NCBI GenBank assembly: GCA_965113315.1
Contig: OZ220370.1
Direction: 5' to 3' (one strand)
DNA length: 64,000 bases
From: Podarcis vaucheri
Taxonomy: Eukaryota
Translations under genes and position numbers: made by a program
In this document: positions 12,652 through 22,210 of the stretch, in pieces
How positions within the stretch are numbered: position 1 is the stretch's first letter
How the letters are laid out: each line of letters opens with the position of its first letter
The notes under the pieces: generated by a model
Databases searched by the model: none
What the model was told of the DNA's origin: nothing
What the model saw: only the letters and a program-made list of their open reading frames with translations

Positions 12652-15114
12652 TTTTTTTTTATAAAATTTTTATTAGTTTTACAAAAGTTTTTATAACAAA
12701 CAAACATAAAAGAAAAACAAACAAACAAACAAATATAATTTCAAAATATCCTTTCATAGACTTCTTTCCTTGGACTTCCCCATACCTCCCCTTTCTGCAT
12801 CCTCATGTCCAAATTTTATAGCAACTTATAAATGTTCTTTCCCATCCTAATTCATCATAGTCCTTTCTTAATCTAATCTTATATTACTGCAACCCTTTCT
12901 CTCTGTAAAATCTCGACATTCTAAGCTTCATCAAGTTTATAATAGTTCTTAAGATAAATCTTGAATTTCTTCCAGTCTTCTTCCGCAGTCTCCTTTCCCT
13001 GGTCACGAATTCTGCTCGTCATTTCCGCCAATGTCATATAGTCAATCACTTTCATCTGCCATTCTTCCAAGGTGGGTAAATCTTGTGTCTTCCAATACTT
13101 TGCGATCAGTATTCTTGCTGCTGTTGTTGCATACATGAAAAAAGTTCTATCCTTTTTTGGCACCAATTGGCCGACAATGCCCAAGAGAAAGGCCTCTGGT
13201 TTCTTAAGGAAGGTATATTTAAATACCTTTTTCATTTCATTATATATCATCTCCCAGAAAGCCTTAATCTTCGGGCATGTCCACCAAAGATGATAAAAAG
13301 TACCTTCAGTTTCCTTACATTTCCAACATTTGTTATCAGGCAAATGGTAAATTTTTGCTAGCTTAACTGGGGTCATGTACCACCTATAGACCATTTTCAT
13401 AACATTTTCCTTTAAAGCACTACATGCCGTAAATTTAATACCAGTGTTCCACAACCTTTCCCAGTCAGCAGACATAATATTATGACCAATATCCTGTGCC
13501 CACTTAATCATAACTGATTTAACTGTTTCATCTTGTGTATTCCATTTCAACAGCAAGTTATACATTCTTGACAAGTTCTTAGTATTGGGTTCTAACAGTT
13601 CTGTCTCAAGTTTTGATTTTTCCACCTGGAAGCCAATTTTCCTGTCTTGTTTGAAAACCTCCATTATTTGATAGTAGTGGAGCCAATCTTGTACTTTTGG
13701 TTTTAGTTTTTCATGGCTCTTTAATTTCAATTTCTCTCCATCCTGTTCTAAGATCTCACAATACTTTGGCCATCCGTCCTCCATATTAACTTTCTTGTGG
13801 GCCTTAGCCTCTAAGGGTGACAACCATCTAGGGGTTTTGTTTTCCAACAGATCTTTATATCTCATCCAAACATTGAACAGCGCTTTCCTTACAATATGAT
13901 TTTTAAAGGCACTATGCACTTTGATTTTGTCATACCATAGATATGCATGCCAGCCAAATGCATTATTGAAACCTTCTAAGTCCAAGATATCTGTATTCTC
14001 GAGGAGCATCCACTCTTTCAGCCAGCAGAATGCTGCTGCTTCATAGTACAATTTTAAGTCCGGCAGGGCAAATCCCCCTCTTTCTTTTGCATCTGTTAAT
14101 ATTTTATATTTTATTCTGGGCTTTTTGCCCTGCCAGACAAATTTCGCAATATCTTTCTGCCACCTCTTGAAACAGTCCATCTTGTCAATAATCTGCAAAG
14201 TTTGAAATAAAAACAACATTCTTGGCAATACATTCATCTTAATCACTGCAATTCGGCCTAACATTGACAATCTCAAATTTGACCATATTTCTAGATCTTT
14301 TTTAATTTCTGACCAGCATTTTTCATAATTATCCTTATACAGATTCAAATTTTTAGATGTTAAATTAACCCCTAGATATTTCACCTTCTTAACCACCGTC
14401 AGACCTGTCTCTTCTTGAAACTTATTCTTTTCCATATCTGTTAGGTTTTTCCCTAAGACTTTAGTTTTTTGTTTATTCAATTTAAATCCGGCTACCTGCC
14501 CAAATTGTTGGATTATTTCCAACACTCTTTTTGTACTAGTGTTTGGCTCCTGCAAAGTCAATACAAGGTCATCTGCGAACGCTCTTAACTTATAGTGTTT
14601 AGTTCCGACCTGTACACCTTTAACTTGCTGGTCATCTCTAATCATGTTCAGCAACACCTCCAGGACCGAAATAAAAAGCAATGGGGAAATTGGGCACCCC
14701 TGTCGTGTTCCTTTTTCTATCTTAAGTTCCTCAGTTATTACATTGTTTACAATTAGCTTAGCTTTTTGTTCAGAATATATTGCACCCATACCATTCTCAA
14801 ATCCTTGTCCTACCCCCATCCCATGAAGATTCTTTTTCATAAAACCCCACGAAATATTGTCAAAGGCTTTCTCCGCATCCACAAATATCAAAACTGCTTT
14901 AGTATTTATATTCACCTCTAACTTTTCCAAAATGTCTATTATGTTCCTAACATTGTCTGAGAGGTGTCTTTTTGGGAGAAAGCCTGCTTGGTCTCTGTGA
15001 ATCTTCTCCATCAATACTCTTTTAAATCTTTTTGCTAAAATGTCTGCAAAAATTTTGTAATCCACATTCAATAATGAAATTGGGCGGTAGTTCTTCAATT
15101 GAGTCTTTTCAGTC
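12652..15114 (-). mobile_element. 5'-truncated L1-clade LINE inserted in the Gypsy 3' LTR
   Basis: Poly(A) tail (T-run 12650-12660), AATAAA, 13-bp TSD TCTACCAATGCTT at 12639-12651 and 15115-15127. Confidence 0.95.
12921..15114 (-). CDS. L1 ORF2p fragment: reverse transcriptase plus C-terminal CCHC region; endonuclease missing, no native start
   Basis: About 730 open codons with NYRPISLLNVDYKI, DAEKAFD, GTRQGCPISP, FADD, YLGV and CWKC..HLWWTC. The ORF-track start at 15122 lies in the TSD and is an artefact. Confidence 0.93.
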
Positions 15115-15185
15115 TCTACCAATGCTTATACGATTGGTTAGAACGCGCCTTGTAACATAAAATGACTTAAACCCAATACATAACA

Positions 15186-15198
15186 CTCCTCCCCCCAA
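15186..15198 (-). other. Polypurine tract of the Gypsy element
   Basis: TTGGGGGGAGGAG immediately before the 3' LTR TG on the minus strand. Confidence 0.85.
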
Positions 15199-15499
15199 CT
15201 TCCTAACAAAAGGAACAAACATAGTCATCAAGGTGTGCCAGCCTTTTCCGCTCCTGCTGGGACCGTTGCGGTTCCTGTGCCCGAGTGGGTGACCCAGGAG
15301 GTTCCTCCAGTACCTGTGGTCTGAGTGGGGCGGTCAGGGAGGCTGGCTCCTAAGGGGTTACTTCCGATTGGGCCACTGAGGATTCCAGCCTGAAGTTGCA
15401 CTGCTGGGGTAACTCAGTCACTGGCAACCTGTCTGGTTCCCACCCTGGCATGGGCACAGAATCTCCCGAGGTACCCATTTCTCTGTCCTCTGGTTCCTC

Positions 15500-16276
15500 T
15501 TGAAGTTCTGTGTTTGGAGGTGCCCTGCTCTGATCTGGTTGAGGTGTCCCTTCCAAACCAGTCCCCCCTCCAATCCTACCTCATAGGAAACCGGACCTGT
15601 ACAGCGGGCAGTGATACCAGGGACCCAACCCTGTCTGGGCCCATAGTTTTGGACGTACACAGTGTCCCCCGGGGAGAACTCTCTTGGAACCCCCCCGCAC
15701 CACAGTGGATGGCCATTGCTCAAGAGCCCAGTCAGGGTGCATACGATCAAGAAGGGTAGTGAGCCTCCTCCCCATAAGCAACTCTGCCGGGCTCCGGCTG
15801 GTCACTGCGCTTTGGGTGATGTGTTAGGCCAATAAGAACTCCGCTAACCCGAGAGTCCAGTCTCCATGCACTATGCACCTAAGCGCATCTTTGGTAGTAT
15901 GGACCATGCGTTCAGCTTGGCCGTTAGTGGCCGGGTGAAAAGGAGCAGAACAAATGTGGCGGATTCCATTCTTGGTTACAAATTTTTTGAATTCTGCCAA
16001 AGTAAAAGCGGTCCCATTATCACTCACCAGTGTGTCTGGCAAGCCGTGTGTCTGCTCATCGAAAGAGCATGCCTCTGTGTCCCTGGGTGCCATCAGACCT
16101 TCCAGTAGAGTGATGGCGGAACTTCCCAGCACCATCAGTAGCACATCCACCTTGTCTGCCTCCCTAGTGAAGCCTTGTAGTTGAACGTAGCTCCTTATTT
16201 GGTGGAGCCACTGAGACCATTCTGCAGGATGGCTCATATCGAAGTCCGGTGGCGGCCGACTATAACTGGTGGCCAT
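15500..16276 (-). pseudogene. Gypsy gag N-terminus fused in frame to integrase core/C-terminus; premature stop at 15824-15826 and a later frameshift
   Basis: MATSYSRPPPDFD..AEWSQW..(gag-like) joined at ~16052 to THGLPDTLVSDNGTAF..SAPFHPATNGQAERMV (integrase D,E); same frame continues past TAA as SPAELLMGRRL, then FSPGDTVYV..WVPG..TGPVSYEV..HLNQIR in another frame. Confidence 0.88.
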
Positions 16277-16458
16277 CCTCGGACCTGGAGCAGTCGCTTG
16301 TGCGATTGTGGGTGGTTGCGAAGACACGGCAGGTGCAGTCTCGTTTCTGGGACTATTTGCTAAGTCCAGCGTGGTGGTGAGATCGCGTTTACTGCGAGGC
16401 GGGAGGCGGTGGTGCTGCAGTGCGGTCTTGGGCCTCTGGCAGCCGGTGGGAGCTCCTC

Positions 16459-16477
16459 AATCCCATCCTCATCGCCA
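16459..16477 (-). other. Primer binding site complementary to the tRNA-Ser(GCU) 3' end
   Basis: TGGCGATGAGGATGGGATT, 1 nt after the 5' LTR; as I recall the vertebrate tRNA-Ser(GCU) end (AATCCCATCCTCGTCG-CCA), it differs only by one CpG-type change. Confidence 0.85.
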
Positions 16478-17132
16478 ATGTTAAATGTTCAGAAAAAGTC
16501 AGAAGCCCAAGGCTGTAGTATAAGTTCCTCAACTACATTTATTTAACATTTGTCAGTGATAACAGCTCGCTCATAGGAAAACAAGAACCGAACTGACTGG
16601 ACAACACAATAATAATGCCGAGCATGAACTGACCGTTGACAGTTGAAAGAGCATGCGCTTACTTGCCATTAGAATGTTCGTCTACCAACGCTTCTGCGGT
16701 TGGTTAGAACACGCCTTGTAACATAAAATGTGTTAAACCCAATACCACCCCTAGCTAACAGGACCAGTGGTCAGGGATGATGGGAGTTGTAGTGCTAAAA
16801 CATCTGGAGGGCCAAGTTTCTCTATACCTGGCTTAGAGCCTCCATAGTTTGCCCTTCCTTTTTTTCTTAGTAACTATGATGCATCTGTCATGTGATGGCT
16901 TTGTCTGAGATCAGGTAGTCACTAGATGTTATTTTCTCCAAATACTACCACACAATAAGTGGGTGTGGATGTTAAAGAATCCCCCTTTTCCCCAAAATAG
17001 CAAATGTGAAAACTTTAATGTTGCTTCTTGCTCTGGGATTGTGTGGACAATGACAAGGAGGTTATAAGTAATTTAGATAAACAAATAGTATATATTAGCA
17101 ATAGTTGGGGCATAATAATTTTTGAGTGTCTG

Positions 17133-17268
17133 CATACCCTCCAACATTTCTCTGATGAAAATAGGGATGTCCTAAGGAAAAGTGGGACATTCCAGGATCA
17201 AATCTGAAACTGGGACAGCTTCTGTAAATCCAGGACTGTCCATGGAAAATAGGGACGCTTGGAGGGTC
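17133..17268 (+). mobile_element. CATACCCTCCAAC-terminal MITE (short form)
   Basis: TIR CATACCCTCCAA / TTGGAGGGTC, internal GGGAC repeats, approximate TSD AGTGTCTG / TTTGTCTG. Confidence 0.7.
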
Positions 17269-17524
17269 TTTGTCTGCCACTATGGAAGGGATTGCTGTGT
17301 CTCAACCACTGCTGACAGATATCTTCTGATTCTACTACATTTGCAGAATGATTTTGAGATTACCAGATTGTAATGTATACAGAACAAAAGAAGCAAGCAT
17401 TTGCAAAGTGCTGTTTCAGAGCAGTGATTTGCTTGCAAGTCCCCCCCCTTTCCCATTGCATTTTAAGTGCCTTTGCTTGCCCTAATGCTTGCCCTATCAA
17501 GGGTTTCAAGTAGGTCCTTTATCC

Positions 17525-17534
17525 TCTATCTATC

Positions 17535-17588
<54 letters not shown>

Positions 17589-17602
17589 ATCTATCTATCT
17601 AT
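17525..17602. repeat. (TCTA)n tetranucleotide microsatellite
   Basis: Direct tandem array. Confidence 0.97.
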
Positions 17603-17645
17603 GAGAGAGTGCAGCACAGAGCCAGCAAAGGTATACCACTGATAT

Positions 17646-18030
17646 GGGACATGGGTGACACTGTGGTCTAAACCATTGCGCCTCTTGGGCTTGCTGATCA
17701 GAAGGTCAGCAGTTTGAATCTGCTCGACGGGATGAGCTTCCATTCCTCTGTCCCAGCTTCTGCCAACCTAGCAGTTCGAAAGCACTCCAGTGCAAGTAGA
17801 TAAATAGATATCGCCGTGGCAGGAAGGTAAACGGCACTTTCATGCACTCTGGCGCTTGTCATGATGTCCCGTAGTGCCAGAAGCAGTTTAGTCATGCTGG
17901 CCACATGACCCGGAAAGCTTTCTGTGGACAAACGCCAGCTCCCTCGGCCTGAAAGCAAGATGAGCGCCACACCCCATAGTCGCCTTTGACTGGACTTAAC
18001 TGTTTAGGGGTCCTTTACCTTTTAGCTTTA
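17646..18030 (+). mobile_element. Sauria SINE, full length
   Basis: GGGACATGGGTGACACTGTGGTCTAAACC head, GTCATGCTGGCCACATGACCCGGAA core, GGTCCTTTACCTTT tail. Confidence 0.9.
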
Positions 18031-19137
18031 CTGATGGTGAGAGATGAGGAAAAGAACTCAAGTATCAAGTAGCTTTGGTTTCTGTGCAGGCTTGAGGTGG
18101 TGGTTTGTCTTAAATTTAATGTGCCTTCGAGGTTGGCAGTCATTTGTGTGCTTATCTCCCAATATCTTATGTATCTAAAATTGGATTTTTGAGTACAAAG
18201 CTGACATGTTATGTATAGTTGCATATAAAATATTCATTCTCAAACTCTTGCTGACACAATGCTTTCATTCTCCATGGGTCTTGTGGAATGTGGTCTCAGA
18301 TATTGTGGCAGATTAGAAATCAGCCTGCCTCAACCGTTGTGTCCTTTACTTCAAGGTCTCCCAGGGCATCTACCCATGTGATAAGGCATGTGAGACCAGT
18401 TTTCAGGACGGAATCCATGCATGACACAGCCTGCCTAAACCAGAGGGCAAGGACTGAAAGATTAGTAATATGCGGGAAGATGAAACATTAATTTGATGGA
18501 AAGGGCAATCAGAGAAACCAAACTGTGAATTGATCTGTTTATAGTTGACTAGAAGGGGGGGGGAGAGAAAAGAAAAAAGGTGGGCGCTGATGAAAGAGCA
18601 TGCTTTTCAGAGTGAACTGCTTTTGAAATGAATGTCAGCTCCTTGATTCGTATTGAGAGGTATCCAGAAATCCTTTACTCGGGAGGCTGATCAGATGTGG
18701 CAGCTTCTGCAACAAGCAACTTGCCCAGTGCTATGAAGAAGAAACCGCTGACAAGAGTGTGTCTGCGATGGTCATTTATGCTAAGAGTCAAAGTGGATGT
18801 CCTCATCAATGAGCAGATGACATGTTAAATAAGTGCTAGGGTCGAATGACTGGCAGGCAGGAAACAGGGCATGAACGCGATTCCAGATTGCTAGTTTCTA
18901 AATTCAATCCAGCTTCTTTCAAGCTTCTATGGCCAACGCTTATTAAGCACTATGCTGGAGCAGTAGGGGGTTTATTCTACGGGCGTAAAAGCAAGGAGAA
19001 GGCAAATAGACATGTCACCTCTCTGCCAAGGCGGAGAACGTAGAATGACACCAACACTTCCTTCTCCCTCAGGATCCTCCAAAAACCCAGAGAGGTCGTC
19101 TCCCCTCCTGTGTCCCACAACAACTGCCCAGGCAATG

Positions 19138-19272
19138 CATACCTTCCAACATTTCTCTGGGCAGCTTTCAACCCATATAAAACACAATAAAACATTAAAC
19201 ATTAAAAAACTTCCCTATACAGGGCTGCCTTCAGATGTCTGCTAAAGGTTGTATAGTTACTTATCTCCTTGG
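19138..19272. mobile_element. CATACC-MITE terminus joined to an L2 3' tail (minus)
   Basis: CATACCTTCCAACATTTCTCT runs directly into CTGGGCAGCTT..AAACATTAAAAAACTTCCCTATACAGGGCTGCCTTCAGATGTC. Confidence 0.6.
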
Positions 19273-20756
19273 ACAAATGTGTCTTACTTATTTACTATGT
19301 CAGCTGGCTCCTTTTTTTCCCTTCTTTTTAATTGTTTTAAAGCTTTTAATTATGGCTTGGGAGGAACTTTGGCCCTGTCCTATAGCATAACAATCTCTAA
19401 GTATATAAGATAAATATATTTCCTTAAAAGCAAATTTGATTATAAAAAATTCACAAATCAGTCAATGGATATTACAAGTTTAGGGCAGATATATTGGGAA
19501 GAAACATATAATGTCCATTCTAAATATATTCTGTGAATATATATTTGAGCGAGAATGATATAAAATGTACAGTACAGGCTATAAATTCTAGAACAGGTGT
19601 AGCTGGTGTAAATATATTTCTTTATCTCACTGATTGGATTTTGCACCTCCCTGCAAGATTTCTGTGTACCGGGAGAGAGAAAGAGGTTATGTGTACAGAT
19701 GGTTAACTGCTGAAATGCCCAGAAGGTTCAACTCATCTGCGCTTGCGAAGATGAGGAGAATTTTCCACTGACTAATTCGCAGGTGTTTTGAAAGCTCTGG
19801 ATTACATTCAGGTTTTGCTGTTCTGTTTTGTTTGATCAAATGCCTTAGGTTAGATGTTGAAAATGTGAATATTTTATTCTTATTATTATTATTATGTCCA
19901 AGTGGTTATAAGAGCATCAGTACTGCTCTCTAGAGAAAAACGGGGTTCAGAGAAACCTTTTGGCATTTGGACCTCACAGCCATTACAAACCAACGCCTTG
20001 GGCTTCCACTGTCCCTGGGCTGCCTCTCCTTTTCCATGACACATTGCATCGCCTCAGGTCAACGACTTAGAGCTCGCCTGCCCATCGTCATCACGGTCAT
20101 AATTTGGCAAGCAATAATAATTATTTTCTGCCTTATGCTAGGCCTTTCTCTTGCTCTGTCCTGCGCTCTTTTTAGCCTACAACCAGAATGGCAGCAAAAA
20201 CGAGCAGGTGTTTAGGAAGCTTGGCTGCTGAAAAGCGATGCGCAAGTGTCACTCTCCACTAGAGTAGGCTGTGTTGGCACTGCACTCTGGCTGCTATCCG
20301 TCGACAGTGAGCAGGAAGAGGTAACACAATGCTTCTTTTAATAACAAGTTTAATAGTGAGCTGGATGAGTAAAATTAAGGGCTACACTCAACAGCACGGC
20401 ACGATTATGGGCTTATGCAGATGAAGGGTGAATCTGTATCTCAGGTTATTATCCTATGCATGCTTACATGAGATAAATCCCTGTTTAACTCAGTGGTACT
20501 TATTCTGAGTAGCCATGCAAAGGTGCAATACTGTAGAACACCGTCTACCTACAGTGTGTGTGTATGTAGATACACCTGTGTTGTGGTTTACACATTTTTA
20601 AAATCTAGGTAGATGTATACTGAGGAAGCGGTGTGTGTGTGTGTGTGCACGCACACAGTCTTTCTAGAACTAAATAAGAACCAACCCAGTTGATAAATGT
20701 TAATCTTTTTGGTTTTCATGTAGAAGCACAACGATGGTTTTATATCTTCATATAAC

Positions 20757-21209
20757 TAGAGGTGGAGGAAGGGGGGAGGTGGGGGTGGAGCGCCCCGGGT
20801 GTATCCGCTGAAGGGGGTGACATTCGGCACACTGCCCACCCGCGACTCCCAGCCTACCCCAAAACGTTGGGGAAGGGAGGGAGCTGCGCTGCGTTGCCGG
20901 TGGCATTCCCCCCTTCCCCCTTCATTTTGACAGCTTGGGGGAGGCTTGGGAGTCGTGGGCAGGCGGCACGCCGAATGTTCACCATAGGTGGCTTGCTCCG
21001 CCCCCGGCTGCAGGGCGCACATATCGCTCCGTGTACCCGAGTGGCTATCCCCACGCCTGAGAGGGCACCCTCCACACCCCACATCCCTCGGGAGCACGCC
21101 CGCCTTGGGCAGTGCAGGCATATGCTCTGCCGCTGCATATGACATCTTCGTGTCTGGAATTTTATAAAAAGCTTTTCTTCAAAACATTTAAATTAGCGCT
21201 CCTCCACTG
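20757..21209. mobile_element. GC/CpG-rich putative non-autonomous DNA transposon
   Basis: Sharp GC boundaries; imperfect TIR (T)AGAGGTGGAGGA / TCCTCCACTG; repeated CGCCCC motifs; no TSD resolved. Confidence 0.5.
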
Positions 21210-21217
21210 GAAGAGTA

Positions 21218-21443
21218 CAGTGGTACCTCGGGTTAAGTACTTAATTTGTTCCGGAGGTCCGTTCTTAACCTGAAACTGTTCTTAACCTGAAGCACCACTT
21301 TAGCTAATGGGGCCTCCTGCTGCCGCTGCGCTGCCGGAGCCCGATTTCGGTTCTCATCCTGAAGCAAAGTTCTTAACCTGAAGCACTATTTCTGAGTTAG
21401 CTGAGTCTGTAACCCGAAGCGTATGTAACCCGAGGTACCACTG
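21218..21443. mobile_element. Mariner-type MITE, copy 3
   Basis: Perfect TIR CAGTGGTACCTCGGGTTA / TAACCCGAGGTACCACTG, TA TSD. Confidence 0.92.
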
Positions 21444-21607
21444 TACAGCGGATGAATTCTTAACTTTCAAAAAATGTTTCGCATAACAATTACTAAGAAA
21501 ATTTGCTGCTTTTTTGCCTTTCTTTTTAAACATAAGATCACCAGATGTATAGGATTGTCTATCCTATACATTTCTACTCAGAATTAATTTTAATTGGGTG
21601 GTCCAAA

Positions 21608-21757
21608 CATAGAAGCATAGAAGCATAGAATTGTAGAGCTAGAAGGGGCCCCTTGGTTATCTGGTCCAGCCCCTGCAATGCAGGAACCTCAACTAAAGTA
21701 TCCATGGCAGATGGCCATTCAACCTCTACTTTGAAACCTCCAAGGAAGGTGAGTCAT
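21608..21757 (-). mobile_element. CR1 3' end
   Basis: (CATAGAAG)n tail is the reverse complement of the CR1 8-bp terminal repeat; followed by CR1 3' UTR. Confidence 0.8.
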
Positions 21758-21969
21758 CTGAAGATGGTTTGCTATGGGAATGTGGTATACAAATAAACAG
21801 TGATGACACTAAGAACATACACATATGCTAATAATGACTAAAATAAGACCCATTGATTTCAATGGGTCTACTCAGAGTATGAGGCACTTGGATGCCACCC
21901 ATAACTTTCAGTGGGTATTTAGTCATTCATTGGGCACTTATTCAGCCCAATTACCTGCACTTCACAGTA

Positions 21970-22210
21970 CAGTGGTACCTCTAGTTATGAACTTAATTCG
22001 TTCTGGAGGTCCGTTCTTAACCTGAAACTGTTCTTAACTTGAGGCATGCTTTTGCTAATGGGGCCTCTTGCTGCTGTGCCGGCGGCAGCACACAATTTCC
22101 GTTCTCATCCTGGGGCAAAGTTCTAAACTCGAGGTAACTCTTCCAGGTTAGCGGAGCTTCTAACCTGAAGCGTTTGTAACCTGAGGCGTTTGTAACTTGA
22201 GGTACCACTG
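21970..22210. mobile_element. Mariner-type MITE, copy 4
   Basis: TA|CAGTGGTACCTC ... GAGGTACCACTG|TA. Confidence 0.9.

Larger units (their letters stand above)
12437..16745 (-). mobile_element. Internally deleted Ty3/Gypsy (Mag-like) LTR retrotransposon
   Basis: Two ~270-bp LTRs (16479-16745; 12437-12651 joined to 15128-15185), tRNA-Ser PBS, PPT, gag and integrase remnants in a ~1.3-kb internal region; protease, RT and RNase H are absent. Confidence 0.92.
12356..16830. mobile_element. hAT-type foldback MITE split by a Gypsy insertion (halves 12356-12436 and 16746-16830)
   Basis: Same body as the 4082 MITE; perfect 8-bp TSD GCTTAGAG at 12348-12355 and 16831-16838. Confidence 0.9.

Noticed and set aside
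12921-15122. 733-aa ORF as an intact gene or novel reverse-transcriptase system
   Set aside because: It is a 5'-truncated L1 ORF2. The called start lies inside the TSD, and there is no endonuclease, ORF1 or promoter.
12437-16745. Asymmetric CpG retention between the two LTRs
   Set aside because: About 9 vs 6 CpGs by eye, too few to be meaningful.
20757-21209. CpG-island promoter or overlapping 94-129-aa ORFs
   Set aside because: The block is short with sharp edges and TIR-like ends. The ORFs reflect GC content and show no recognisable motifs.
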